DNA of 64,000 nt, taken from contig CAVSAC010000014.1 in NCBI GenBank assembly GCA_963725865.1, forward strand, positions 192,001 through 256,000. Direction: 5' to 3'. This stretch comes from Candidatus Eiseniibacteriota bacterium (GTDB lineage: Bacteria > Eisenbacteria > RBG-16-71-46). A program made the translations under genes and the position numbers. The notes beneath the pieces were generated by a model. It ran no database searches, had not been told where the DNA came from, and saw nothing but the letters and a program-made list of their open reading frames with translations. Shown here piece by piece: positions 13,002-22,314 of the stretch. Position 1 is the first letter of the stretch, and each line of letters begins with the position of its first letter.

Positions 13002-14474
13002 GCCACGCGAGCCCTCTTGCCCGCGGCGCTTGGCCGCGGGCACTCGCTCGCGTCGCGAAGGCAATCGTAACTTGCCGAGGCCATCGTGACCCTCGCGGTG
13101 GTGACATGCGCGGGTCCAACCATCGCTTCCCCGACGGGCGTGTACCACGTCGGCGCTGTCCCTCCGTTGGTCGGCCTCGCCGCCGTGAACGTGGTGGGCG
13201 ACGGGCGCCCGGATCTGATGACGGTCGCGCGGAGCGACCTTTCGATCCGAATCCTCCGCGGTGACGCGACTCTCGGTTTCGCCGACCCGATCGTGATTCC
13301 GGCCGGAAACGACGCCCGCAGGGCGGCGTCCGGAGACGTGAACGGCGACGGCGTCCCCGACGTGCTGGTGATCGGGCACGACAACGCGATCGACGTGCGC
13401 CTCGGTCTGGGGAACGGGCAGATCGGGCCGATCGCGCGCTACGGCTTGCGCAATCATGGGAACCACCTGGCGATCGCCGATCTGAACGGCGATCGGTTCG
13501 CGGACGTGGTCGCGGCGCACGACGGCTCGGGCCAGCCGGTGTACGTCACGGCGTTCCTCGGCTCCGCCGCCGGCGATCTGCAACAGGTCTGGGAGCTGGG
13601 CACGGTCTATGGCGCGTCCACGGGAATCACCGCCGGCGATTTCGACCACGACGGCAAGACCGACGTCGCCGTGGCCGTTTCCGACAATCGTGCCTCGGCC
13701 CTCGTGTTCCACGGGCTGGGCACCGGACAGTTCAGCGCACCCGTCGTGCTGCCCACCGTGGCGGCCGACCCCCTGGTGAGCGACGGCACCATCGCCATCG
13801 CTTCCGGCGATCTCGACGGTGACGGCTGGGACGATCTCGTGCTCGCGTGCTTCGACCTCACCAACCAGCTCGTCGTCAGGCGCGGCACCGCCGCCGGGTT
13901 CACCGAACCGCTCGAGATCGCGCTCCCTTCCCCGATCGCCGTCGCACTGGGTGATCTGAATGGAGACGGCAAGCTCGACGCCGTCGCGTGCAATCTCGAG
14001 CAGGGGACACTCTCTCTTCTGCAGGGCCGCGGCGACGGGTCGTTCGACGCGCCGGTCACGGTGCCGGTGAGCCCGCACCCGAGCGCGCTCGCCGTGGCGG
14101 ACCTCGACGGCAACGGCTTGGCCGATGTCGCGGTGACCGATATCGGCGACGACGCGATCCGGGTCTTCCTGAACCCCGCGGCCGCCGCGGTCCCGGATGA
14201 CGGCGAACCGCCGAGCCTCGGCTTTGCGCTGGAGGGGCCGAATCCCATCGACGACGAGGCGCGGCTCCGATTCGAGCTGGCCGAGCCGGGACGCGTGCGC
14301 ATCGACGTGTTCGACGTCTCTGGCCGCCACCTGCCGGGAGGCGTCGACGAAACGCTCGCCGCGGGGGCGCACGAGGTGCTCTGGCGGGCCCGGGACTTCG
14401 CGCCCGGGATCTACCTCGCTCGCCTCAGCGCCGGCGGTCGATCCCAGGCCGTCCGGTTCGTTCGGACGAGGTGA
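12998..14474 (+). CDS. FG-GAP/VCBS repeat protein with C-terminal FlgD-Ig/T9SS-like domain (probable frameshift at ~13069)
   Basis: Repeated 'GDVNGDGVPD/ADLNGD/GDFDHDG' motifs. Main ORF is 13086-14474; ATG 12998 (ATGA overlap) joins it and gives a full signal peptide if one A is removed. Confidence 0.75.
14234..14474 (+). repeat. Duplicated C-terminal domain, copy 2
   Basis: See copy 1. Confidence 0.9.
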
Positions 14475-14505
14475 GCGGCAGCTCAGGGAACGCACGCCGA
14501 AGCCC

Positions 14506-14586
14506 GGCACCTCTCTGGCCCAATGAGGCTCGTTCGGCAGCGGGAACGGGCAATTCCAGTACCCCGCGGGCGTCGCGACGGACGGC
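14506..14586 (+). pseudogene. NHL-repeat gene remnant
   Basis: Translates to GTSLAQ*GSFGSGNGQFQYPAGVATDG, an NHL blade with TGA where Trp is expected. Confidence 0.6.
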
Positions 14587-14690
14587 GTCGTAGGAGTGAC
14601 AGTCGGGATTGGCGTCGCCACTGTGTCGTGCGGTCTCGCGAGCGGCCCGGCCGCATCGGCATCCACCACATAGGGGACAAGTGGTCTCCC

Positions 14691-14730
14691 AATCAGTAGG
14701 TTGGAGGTTCGATTCCTTCGCGGCGCACCA
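14691..14730 (+). repeat. att-like duplicate of the tRNA-Lys 3' half
   Basis: AATCAGTAGGTTGGAGGTTCGATTCCTTCGCGGCGCACCA; 39/40 identical to 11193-11232. Confidence 0.92.
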
Positions 14731-14805
14731 TCCTCCGCTCGGCTCGCGGCCCCCTGGGGCGGCGGGCCGATCTCGTTCGGGTCCTGCGGGCCCGCCGCGA
14801 ACCGA

Positions 14806-14834
14806 TTGACTCCCGAAGGAACGCCCCCTAGCGT
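14806..14834 (+). promoter_or_regulatory. Sigma70-like promoter
   Basis: TTGACT-N17-TAGCGT upstream of ATG 14902. Confidence 0.45.
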
Positions 14835-14901
14835 GGCGCCGTCCACGGTCCTCCAGTCACCCGGGCGTCCGGCCGCGTGCCCACCACTCCGGAGAGTCCT
14901 C

Positions 14902-15423
14902 ATGCGCAGCTTCCGCCTCCTGCTGTCGCTCGCCGTGCTCGCGTCGTTCGCGTCGATCGCATCCGCCGCGGGGCCGAGCCCGTTCCAGCTGGCGCTGTTC
15001 AATCCGGCGCAGATCGTGCCGGAGAAGGCGTCGGTCTCGGGGTTGCGCATCGATCTGATCTACGGCGTGAACCAGGACGTGACGGGCCTCGACATCGGCC
15101 TCGTGAACCACGCCCGCGGCTCCGAGTTCGCATGGCAGTGGGGCGGCATCGGCATCGTCGAGAAGGACTTCACCGGCTGGCAGGACAACTGGGTGAGCAT
15201 CACGCGTGGCAGCTTCACCGGGCTGCAGACCGGATTGTTCAACCAGGCGGGCCAGGGCAATGGCGTCCAGTTCGGAGTGGTGAACGTGACCAAGTCGATG
15301 CACGGGCTGCAGCTCGGCGTGATCAATTCGACCGAGACGATGCACGGACTGCAGATCGGCGTGGGCAACATCATCCAGAAGGGCAAGATTCCGTTCTTGC
15401 CGATCGTGAACTGGTCGATGTGA
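14902..15423 (+). CDS. LA_2272-like surface repeat protein
   Basis: Signal peptide; 'PFQLALFNPAQI', repeated 'GLQxGxxN', C-terminal 'FLPIVNWSM'. Confidence 0.75.
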   Translation: MRSFRLLLSLAVLASFASIASAAGPSPFQLALFNPAQIVPEKASVSGLRIDLIYGVNQDVTGLDIGLVNHARGSEFAWQWGGIGIVEKDFTGWQDNWVSITRGSFTGLQTGLFNQAGQGNGVQFGVVNVTKSMHGLQLGVINSTETMHGLQIGVGNIIQKGKIPFLPIVNWSM

Positions 15424-15439
15424 TCGTCGGCCACGACGC

Positions 15440-15477
15440 ACGCGGGGCCCGGCGCCGGAAGGCACCGGGCCCCGCGT
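15440..15477. terminator. Hairpin between convergent genes
   Basis: ACGCGGGGCCCGG / CCGGGCCCCGCGT perfect 13-bp stem. Confidence 0.6.
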
Positions 15478-15520
15478 CGTTCCGGCGCGCGCGTGCACCG
15501 CGGCGACGGTCGCGCGCGCG

Positions 15521-16711
15521 TCAGCCGCGCCACCCCCACGCGAAGCCGACCAGCACCAGGCCAACGGCCGCGACCGCGAGCGCCACGCGCGCGCGCCCCG
15601 GCACCGTGCCGGTGGTCGCCACCGCGGCGGGCACGCCGAACGCGGCGCGCGCCTCGCGCACCGCGACGGCGAACGCGGTGGTCCACGCCACGGCCAGTGC
15701 CAGCAGCGGCGTCAGGTGCCCGCCGTGCGCGAGGGCCCGTGCGGTCTCGAGCCACAGCCGCGCGCCGGGCGTCCCGGGCACGCCGGCGAGCGAGAACAGC
15801 GCGAACAGGCCCGCCGTGCCCGCGAACGCGTGACGGCGGAACAGCACGGCCGCGGGCGCGGGGCCCGTGGTGACCGGCAGGAAGCGCGCGGCGAGTCCGG
15901 CGCCGGCGAGCGCGAGCACCAGATGCGCCGCCCACGCGTCCGCGTGCGGCAGGGTGCGCGGCGCGCCGGAGTGCGCCGCCGCCAGCGTCGCGAGCACCAG
16001 CCCGCCGTGCAGGCTCGCGAGCGTGCCCACCCGGCGCTCCGGACGCCGCTGCGTCACGAGCGTCGCCGCGCCGCCGAGGAAGGCGACCGTGGCTCCGAGC
16101 CCGAGCACCCCCGAGGCCAACTGCGCGGCGTCCGGAAACGCCTCGATCCCGACCAGCCGCTCGACGAGCCAGGCCGCACCCAGCACCTGCAGCGCGGCGG
16201 CGACCAGCGGCGCCAGCCAGCCGCGCGCGCCCTGCAGCAGGTCCGCGAGCCAGGAGTGGAACGGCGCCGCGCCCACCAGCACCACACCCGCCAGTAGCGA
16301 CAGCGGGAGCGCGGTCCGCCACAGCGTGGGTGGATCGATGGCGAGCGCGAGCACGCCCCACTGCTCGCCGGGCCGCGCGGTGCCGGCCGCGAGCGTGAGC
16401 AGGTGGACGCCTGCGAAGGAGAGCGCCAACGCCGGACCCACCACCCACGCCAGCTTGAGCGCGCACTCGCTCTGGAGCCGGTCGCTGCGCCCGAGCGCCA
16501 GCGTGGCCACCGCCAGCGCGACTCCCGGCACCGCCCAGGCCCCACCGGCCGGCGGGGTGATCGCGACCAGCGCGGCGAGCGCCGCGAGCGCGAGCGCGCC
16601 CAGGCTCGAGCGCCTCGCGCCCTGGCGCTCGAGCAGCAGCGTGAACAGCCCGACCAGCAGCGCGAGGGCCGCGGCGATCACGCGCAGCAGCTGCGGATCG
16701 GGCAGGGTCAT
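15521..16711 (-). CDS. Divergent NuoN/MrpD-like proton-conducting membrane subunit
   Basis: 'SECALK', 'AAPFHSWLADLLQGA', 'LFSLAGVPGTPG' resemble NuoN motifs. ATG 16711 overlaps the upstream stop. Confidence 0.75.
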   Translation of the reverse strand: MTLPDPQLLRVIAAALALLVGLFTLLLERQGARRSSLGALALAALAALVAITPPAGGAWAVPGVALAVATLALGRSDRLQSECALKLAWVVGPALALSFAGVHLLTLAAGTARPGEQWGVLALAIDPPTLWRTALPLSLLAGVVLVGAAPFHSWLADLLQGARGWLAPLVAAALQVLGAAWLVERLVGIEAFPDAAQLASGVLGLGATVAFLGGAATLVTQRRPERRVGTLASLHGGLVLATLAAAHSGAPRTLPHADAWAAHLVLALAGAGLAARFLPVTTGPAPAAVLFRRHAFAGTAGLFALFSLAGVPGTPGARLWLETARALAHGGHLTPLLALAVAWTTAFAVAVREARAAFGVPAAVATTGTVPGRARVALAVAAVGLVLVGFAWGWRG

Positions 16712-18042
16712 CGCAGGAACGGGATCAGGATCGCGAGCAGCGCCACCGCCATCACGAGCAGCAGCACCTCCTGCGGATCCCCGGTGTGAAGGTCGCGGAC
16801 CGGCAGGGTGAGCGCGCGCAGCGCCGCCGTGATCGCCCGCACCAGGCGCCGCTCCACCGCCACCACCGCGCGGAACACCTCGCGCGCGAGCGCGCGTGCG
16901 ACGCGGCCGGCGCGTTCCATCCCCGCCATCGCCGGCGCGACCACGCGCGTGCTGCGTGTGGCGATGCCGAGCGCGCCACCGACCAGCGCGGGCAGCAGCG
17001 CGAGCGCGGCCTCCGGCCATGCCGCCTCGAGTCCGGTCCACCACGCGAGCAGCAGTGCCACGGGACCGAGCGCCAGCGTCACGACCGCCCCGGCGTGGCT
17101 GAGCGTCAAAGCGCGGTCGCGGCGCTGCAGCTGGCGCCGCTCGGGCGCCTCGACGAACCGCCGCACCGAGATCCACGCGCTCAGTGCGACCGGCACCGCG
17201 GCCGCCGACGTGGCGAGCCACGGCGGCCCCGGCGCGCGACCGGCCATCAGCTCGAGCAGCAGCGGCCAGGCGAGCGCCGCCGAGGCGGTCCACGACGCGA
17301 TGCGCCACATGCGGTGGAGCAGCGCGCCGCGTCGCGGGCTCGCGCCGCGCAGTTCGCCCGCGAGCAGGAACGCGCGGCTGCCGCAGGCCGCGATCCAGAG
17401 CAGGAACGTCACCGCGGGATGCAGCCGCCCGACCGCCACCAGCAACGCGGCGAGCGCCCCGTCGGCGACCGCGAGCCAGCGCAGGTTCGCGGTCCACTGC
17501 AAGCGCCCGAATGCGCGCAGCGTGCCCAGCAGCGCCGTGAGCACGAGCAGCACGGCAGCCGCCGCGCGGACCGCCGGCAGCGTGGTCCACACCTCGGCGT
17601 GCCGCCACAGCACCAGGAACCCCGCCGCCGGCAGCAGCACCGGCAGCCACGGACGCATCGCCAGCAGCGGTCCCGGCAGGTCGGAATACGGGCGCGCGGC
17701 GGGCAGCGCCGCGAGCAGCTCCAGCCCTGCCCACACCAGCGCGACCGCCTCGACCCCGCGAATCACCGTGGCGACGTGCGGATGCGCGACCGACGTGCGC
17801 AGGACCACCCCCGCGGCCGCCGCGAGCCACAGCGCCAGCGCCGGCCGCCGCAGCCAACCCCAGCGCGGCAGCTGCTCCTGCGCGTCGTCGGCCGCGCGCG
17901 CCCACAGCCAGAAGGCCAGCGCCAGGCACTCGAGCGCGAGCGCGCCGGTCCACAGCGGCTGCGCCATGAGCAATGGGTACGCCACCACCGCGCACAGCGT
18001 GCCGAGGAGGCGGGGGCCGGGAGCGCGCAGGGTCGGTCGCAT
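16708..18042 (-). CDS. Highly divergent NuoL/HyfF-like membrane protein
   Basis: Polytopic; 'LTALLGTLRAFGRLQWTANLRWLAV' and C-terminal 'LHTGDPQEVLL' echo antiporter-like subunits. Confidence 0.55.
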   Translation of the reverse strand: MRPTLRAPGPRLLGTLCAVVAYPLLMAQPLWTGALALECLALAFWLWARAADDAQEQLPRWGWLRRPALALWLAAAAGVVLRTSVAHPHVATVIRGVEAVALVWAGLELLAALPAARPYSDLPGPLLAMRPWLPVLLPAAGFLVLWRHAEVWTTLPAVRAAAAVLLVLTALLGTLRAFGRLQWTANLRWLAVADGALAALLVAVGRLHPAVTFLLWIAACGSRAFLLAGELRGASPRRGALLHRMWRIASWTASAALAWPLLLELMAGRAPGPPWLATSAAAVPVALSAWISVRRFVEAPERRQLQRRDRALTLSHAGAVVTLALGPVALLLAWWTGLEAAWPEAALALLPALVGGALGIATRSTRVVAPAMAGMERAGRVARALAREVFRAVVAVERRLVRAITAALRALTLPVRDLHTGDPQEVLLLVMAVALLAILIPFLR

Positions 18043-18045
18043 GCG

Positions 18046-18702
18046 TCAGTCGCGCAAATCGTGCGCGAGCGCGATGCGGTCACTGCCGACCGCCGCCTCG
18101 CGCGCGGCGGACAGCCGCTCCACCAGTGCGAGGGCGAGTGCCGTGCCGACCAGGGGCAGCGCGGAGGGCGGCGCGGCACCGGGACCTTCGGCGATACGGG
18201 CGGCATCCTCCAGCAGCTGGAGCCCGAGGCCGAGTGCCGCGAACGAGAGCGCCGCGCGGCGCGCGCGGCGCCGCAGTCCCAGGTGCGTGAGCCCGGCCAC
18301 CAGCACCAGCAGGGCGACGGTCGCCCGGCGGTCGGCGTCGCGTCCGAGGTCGGCGCGCGCGAGCGCAGCCATCACCAGCACCAGCAGCGCAAGTCCGACC
18401 GCCAGCCCGACCACGCTCGACTCGATCCCGCCGAGCAGCGCGCTCCGGGGACGCGGCGGCTGCGCGCCGCTCGCGCGGCCAGCCAGCCAACCCGCCGCGA
18501 TCCACAGCACGCACCAGCCGGCGACGCGCGGCCACGGACCCGGCTCGGGCAGGAACGGCAGCGCGATCGCGACCCCGATCGCCGCCACGCGGGCGATCCC
18601 GCGGCCGGGCAGGATCAGCGAGAGGGCGATGCACACGGCCGGCGTGAGCCAGCGCGCCATCGCGAGCGGATCGAGCGTGGTCCAGGCGTCGAGGAAGTTC
18701 AC
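18046..18702 (-). CDS. HyfE/NuoK-like membrane protein
   Basis: 218 aa, several TM segments; 'AGLTHLGLRRRARRAALSF' and terminal 'GSDRIALAHDLRD' resemble the HyfE/NuoK C-terminus. Confidence 0.5.
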   Translation of the reverse strand: MNFLDAWTTLDPLAMARWLTPAVCIALSLILPGRGIARVAAIGVAIALPFLPEPGPWPRVAGWCVLWIAAGWLAGRASGAQPPRPRSALLGGIESSVVGLAVGLALLVLVMAALARADLGRDADRRATVALLVLVAGLTHLGLRRRARRAALSFAALGLGLQLLEDAARIAEGPGAAPPSALPLVGTALALALVERLSAAREAAVGSDRIALAHDLRD

Positions 18703-18760
18703 GCGGGCTCCCTCCGCGCGGGCGGGGTGGCGCGATCGCGGCCGGCGAAGCGGCCGGGCG

Positions 18761-19228
18761 CTACGGGATGTAGACGCTCTCCGCCTGCTGCAGCGTCGCC
18801 ATGAACTCCTCGCCGCTGCGGGCTTCGCGCAGGCTGCGGCGCACGCCCTCCTCCTTGAGGAGACGCGAGATGTTGGCGAGCACCTTCACGTGCAGGGTGG
18901 TGGCACTCTCGGGTGACACGAACAGGACGACGAGATGGACCAACTGGCCGTCCTCGGCCTCGAATTCGAGCCCCTCGGGGATGACCCCGACGGCGGCCGC
19001 CATCCGGTCCACCGCGCGGGCCTTGCCGTGCGGGATGGCGATGCCGTTGCCGATCGCGGTGGTCATCATGGCCTCGCGCCGCATGACGCGGTCGAGGATC
19101 TCGCCCTGGCTGGCGAAGCCGTGGGCCGCCTCCAGCACCCCGACCAGCTCGACCAGCGCTTCGCGCTTGGTCTTGGCCTTGAGGCGCAGCGTGATGGCCG
19201 AGGGATTGAGCAGCTCGGAGAGTCGCAT
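18761..19228 (-). CDS. PTS EIIA component (PtsN/fructose-type)
   Basis: 'REAMMTTAIGNGIAIPHG' phospho-His motif; 'HVKVLANISRLL'. Confidence 0.92.
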   Translation of the reverse strand: MRLSELLNPSAITLRLKAKTKREALVELVGVLEAAHGFASQGEILDRVMRREAMMTTAIGNGIAIPHGKARAVDRMAAAVGVIPEGLEFEAEDGQLVHLVVLFVSPESATTLHVKVLANISRLLKEEGVRRSLREARSGEEFMATLQQAESVYIP

Positions 19229-19276
19229 GGGTGATCAGCTCCGGACCCGCACCGCAAGGTATCGTGTGGACTCCGG

Positions 19277-19305
19277 AACGTAGGCAGCACGCGCGGGGGT
19301 GTCAA
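19277..19305 (-). promoter_or_regulatory. Sigma70 promoter for the EIIA operon
   Basis: Minus strand TTGACA-N17-TACGTT, about 50 nt upstream of the ATG. Confidence 0.6.
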
Positions 19306-19555
19306 GCACCTTTCGTCGCAAACTACCCGCGCGACGCGCGGCGAGCTCGTCGCGCGCGCGTCGCTCGAGCGTCGCGCGATGGGCGGACTGACCCATCAGC
19401 ACCCGCCGATGGGTATGCTAGACTCGTGGTGTCCGCGTACGGGGTCTTCAGCCAACGGACGGCCCAGCCCCCGAGACCAGCTTGCTTCGCCACCCGTCAT
19501 GGGAGACCGACACGGACATGCAGCGGGCCGCCCGGCAGGGAGGCAGGGACGCCCC

Positions 19556-20905
19556 ATGAAGCAGAAGCACATCGATTTTCGTGAGCTGCTCGAGCGGCTG
19601 CTGCCGCTCGAACGCCTGCCCGCGGTGGATCGCCTGCGCGTGCAGCGCGCCCTCGCCGCCGGGGTGGGCGAGCAGATCGAGCAGGCGGGCATGACCGCCC
19701 TGGCGCTGCTCGAACAGGCTGGTGCGCTCCGTCGCATGCCCGCGGTCATGCGCCCCGACGGGGCCGTGCTCCAGTATCAGACCACCTCCGGCCTCGACGT
19801 CATCACCGTCCAGGTGCCCGGCCCGCGCGAGCAGGGCGGCGTGCGCGTGTACCCACGTTCCGCGCTGCCGGCGCAAGCGCTCGCGAGCCTCGAGCAGGTG
19901 CGCCAGCTCCTGCACCTCGACGATCCGATGCTGCTGTCCGATCCCCGCCGCGGGCGCGCGCGCGGCGCGCTCATCGACCAGGTGGAGCTCGCCGGCCAGC
20001 AGTTCCTCGGCGCGAGCCACACCCGGCTGTTGGTCGCCTCCGACGACGGGACGGAGAGCGAGGGCGCGGGCGAAGACCCGCCGTTCGACGCCGAGCTGGC
20101 CGAGCTGGCGCGGGCGTGTCCGGACGAGCTGTACTACTGCCCCGACACCGCCCGGGCCCCAGCGCTCGCTGCGGCGGCGCGGCGCGCGGGCGTCAGCGCG
20201 CTGGTGGCGGTCGCGGTGACCTCGCCGGAGCAGGAAGTGCTCGGGCATCTGGAGGTGTGGAGCACGGCGCGCGAGGCGTTCCAGCCCGAGGAGCTGTCGT
20301 TGATCGCGCTGCTGGCCGACTCGTGCGGCCGGGCGCTCGAGCGCGCGGCGCGCATCGAGAAGTTGGTGTTCGTCGATCCGCTCACCACGGTCTACAACCG
20401 CTCCTACTTCGACCTGCAGGTCTCGAACGAGATGGCGCGCGCGCAGCGCGATCGCACCTCGATGGCCCTGCTGCTCGCCGACATCGACGACTTCAAGGCG
20501 ATCAACACGGCGTTCGGCTACGAGGCCGGCAATCAGGCGCTGGTCCAGGTGGCCCAGGCGCTGCGCCACGCAGTGCGCCCGTTCGACACCGTGGCGCGCT
20601 GGGGGGGCGAGGAGTTCACGGTGCTCCTCACGTCACCGGTCGAGGCCGACGACGCCGCCACGATCTCGGAGCGCCTGCGCACGATCATCGAACGGCTGCC
20701 GGTGCGCATCGAGGGGCTCGACCGCCGCTCGCACCGCGTCACCGTCACGATGAGCATCGGCGTGGCCCTGTTCCCCGAGCACGCGGACAACCCGCAGGAG
20801 CTGTGGCGCGCCGCCAATCACGCGCTGCTGCGCGCCAAGCGACCGCCGAAGAACCAGGTCGTGTTCTACCAGGCGCAGGGCGACCCGAAGCTCAAGATCC
20901 GCTGA
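19556..20905 (+). CDS. GAF-domain diguanylate cyclase
   Basis: 'DPLTTVYNR', 'DIDDFKAINTAFG', RPFD I-site, 'RWGGEEF'; GAF-like region upstream. Confidence 0.9.
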   Translation: MKQKHIDFRELLERLLPLERLPAVDRLRVQRALAAGVGEQIEQAGMTALALLEQAGALRRMPAVMRPDGAVLQYQTTSGLDVITVQVPGPREQGGVRVYPRSALPAQALASLEQVRQLLHLDDPMLLSDPRRGRARGALIDQVELAGQQFLGASHTRLLVASDDGTESEGAGEDPPFDAELAELARACPDELYYCPDTARAPALAAAARRAGVSALVAVAVTSPEQEVLGHLEVWSTAREAFQPEELSLIALLADSCGRALERAARIEKLVFVDPLTTVYNRSYFDLQVSNEMARAQRDRTSMALLLADIDDFKAINTAFGYEAGNQALVQVAQALRHAVRPFDTVARWGGEEFTVLLTSPVEADDAATISERLRTIIERLPVRIEGLDRRSHRVTVTMSIGVALFPEHADNPQELWRAANHALLRAKRPPKNQVVFYQAQGDPKLKIR

Positions 20906-22295
20906 CCCGCGCCGCGCCGGCACGCCGATCCCACCAGCGCGCCAGCGTGCCCGCCGCCAGGATCAACACCAGCGGGCGCACCGGCTCGAAATAGCGCGAG
21001 TTGGTGTAGAAGATCGAGAGCGCGACCGCGTTCAACGCCAGCGCCACGACCATCGCTCCCGCCAGCGTCGCGGGCCCCGCGCGCGCCCGCAGCCCGGCCA
21101 GCCCCGCGGGCAGCGCCAGCGCGTAAAGCGCCAGCAGCGCGACGAAGAACCCGAACCGCAGCACCAGGCGATCCTCCGAGACCACGGGCAGGAAGCAGAG
21201 CCGCCAGAACCGCTTCGCCGCGATGGTCGCGCTGCGGCCGAAGTCCGCGCGCCAGTTCGCCAGTCCGGCGTGCAGCAGTGCGCGGTCGACCTCCACCCCG
21301 TCGAGCTCGTGCCCCAGCCGTTGGGCCTCCGCATCGAGCACCCGCCCGCGCAGCCCGGCCCACTTGCGGTTGTCCCACCGGCCATCGGTCTCCGGCGTGG
21401 TGCCCATGTAGAACAGCTCGCCGCCGCCGGTCGACACCGGGATGAAGGCGTGGAACTCGCGCAGGTTGCGCAGGGTCCACGGCGCCAGCACCAGCGCCGC
21501 GCCGAGTCCGAGCGCGAGCAGCCGCGCCAGGTCCGCCCCCAGTGAGCGCCAGCGATGGAACAGCCAGCCCAGCATCAGCCCGGCGAGCGGCGCGAGGCCG
21601 TTGGGGCGCACCAGCGAGGCGACGCCCGCGGCGAGGCCGGTGAGCAGCGCGCGCGCCGCCGACGGGGCCAGCGTGAAGCGCACGAAGGCGGCGACGGTGA
21701 GCGCCACGCACAGCGTGAACAGCGGCTCGGTCTGCATGAAGCGCGCTTCGCGGAAGAACGGCGGCCAGACCAGCACCAGCACGAACGCGATCGCGGCCGC
21801 GGTGCGCGAGCGCATCACGCGCAAGGCCGTCCATGCGGTCAGCAGGGCGGTGCCGCAGTCGAAGATCCCCTGCATCATCACCACCACGGTGCGGCCGGTT
21901 CCGAGCGTGGCGTAGATGCCGGCGAGCGCGAGCGGCCAGCCCGGCGGCTTCCACACCCACGGGCCACCCCGATAGAAGTAGCCGAGGCCGTCGAGCAGAT
22001 TGCGCGCGATCTCGTCGTAGATCGGTTCGTCGCCGGTCAGCGGGACCGGATGCCGCACCGAGGTCCAGAGGGCGAGCATCCGCAGGACCAGCAGCCCCAG
22101 TGCGGCCAGCCACCACCCGCGCGGGATGCGCAGGTGGGCGTCGTCGGGCGCTCCGGCGGTTTGGGACAGATCGGCCTCGCGTGCGGGGTCCGAACACGGT
22201 GGGACGTGGACGGCCTCGGGCGGTGAGGATCGTGGACGTGCGCGGCACCGCCACTGGGCGGCTGCATGATGCGGCAATCGCCCCGCGGCGGACAA
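20892..22295 (-). CDS. GT-C fold glycosyltransferase (ArnT/PMT, GT39/83-like); start uncertain
   Basis: 'GDEPIYDEIARNL', 'PPGWP', 'TEPLF', 'LVRP', 'PWTLRN', 'SRY'. Confidence 0.82.
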   Translation of the reverse strand: MSAAGRLPHHAAAQWRCRARPRSSPPEAVHVPPCSDPAREADLSQTAGAPDDAHLRIPRGWWLAALGLLVLRMLALWTSVRHPVPLTGDEPIYDEIARNLLDGLGYFYRGGPWVWKPPGWPLALAGIYATLGTGRTVVVMMQGIFDCGTALLTAWTALRVMRSRTAAAIAFVLVLVWPPFFREARFMQTEPLFTLCVALTVAAFVRFTLAPSAARALLTGLAAGVASLVRPNGLAPLAGLMLGWLFHRWRSLGADLARLLALGLGAALVLAPWTLRNLREFHAFIPVSTGGGELFYMGTTPETDGRWDNRKWAGLRGRVLDAEAQRLGHELDGVEVDRALLHAGLANWRADFGRSATIAAKRFWRLCFLPVVSEDRLVLRFGFFVALLALYALALPAGLAGLRARAGPATLAGAMVVALALNAVALSIFYTNSRYFEPVRPLVLILAAGTLARWWDRRAGAARVSGS

Positions 22296-22314
22296 GCCGC
22301 CGTCGCCGGCGGCG

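Noticed and set aside
14524..14526. TGA recoding (Trp or Sec) in the NHL fragment
   Set aside because: TGA is the normal stop in most genes here, and the fragment has no start or continuation.
14691..14730. Second tRNA gene
   Set aside because: Only the 3' half is present; no D-arm or 5' acceptor strand.
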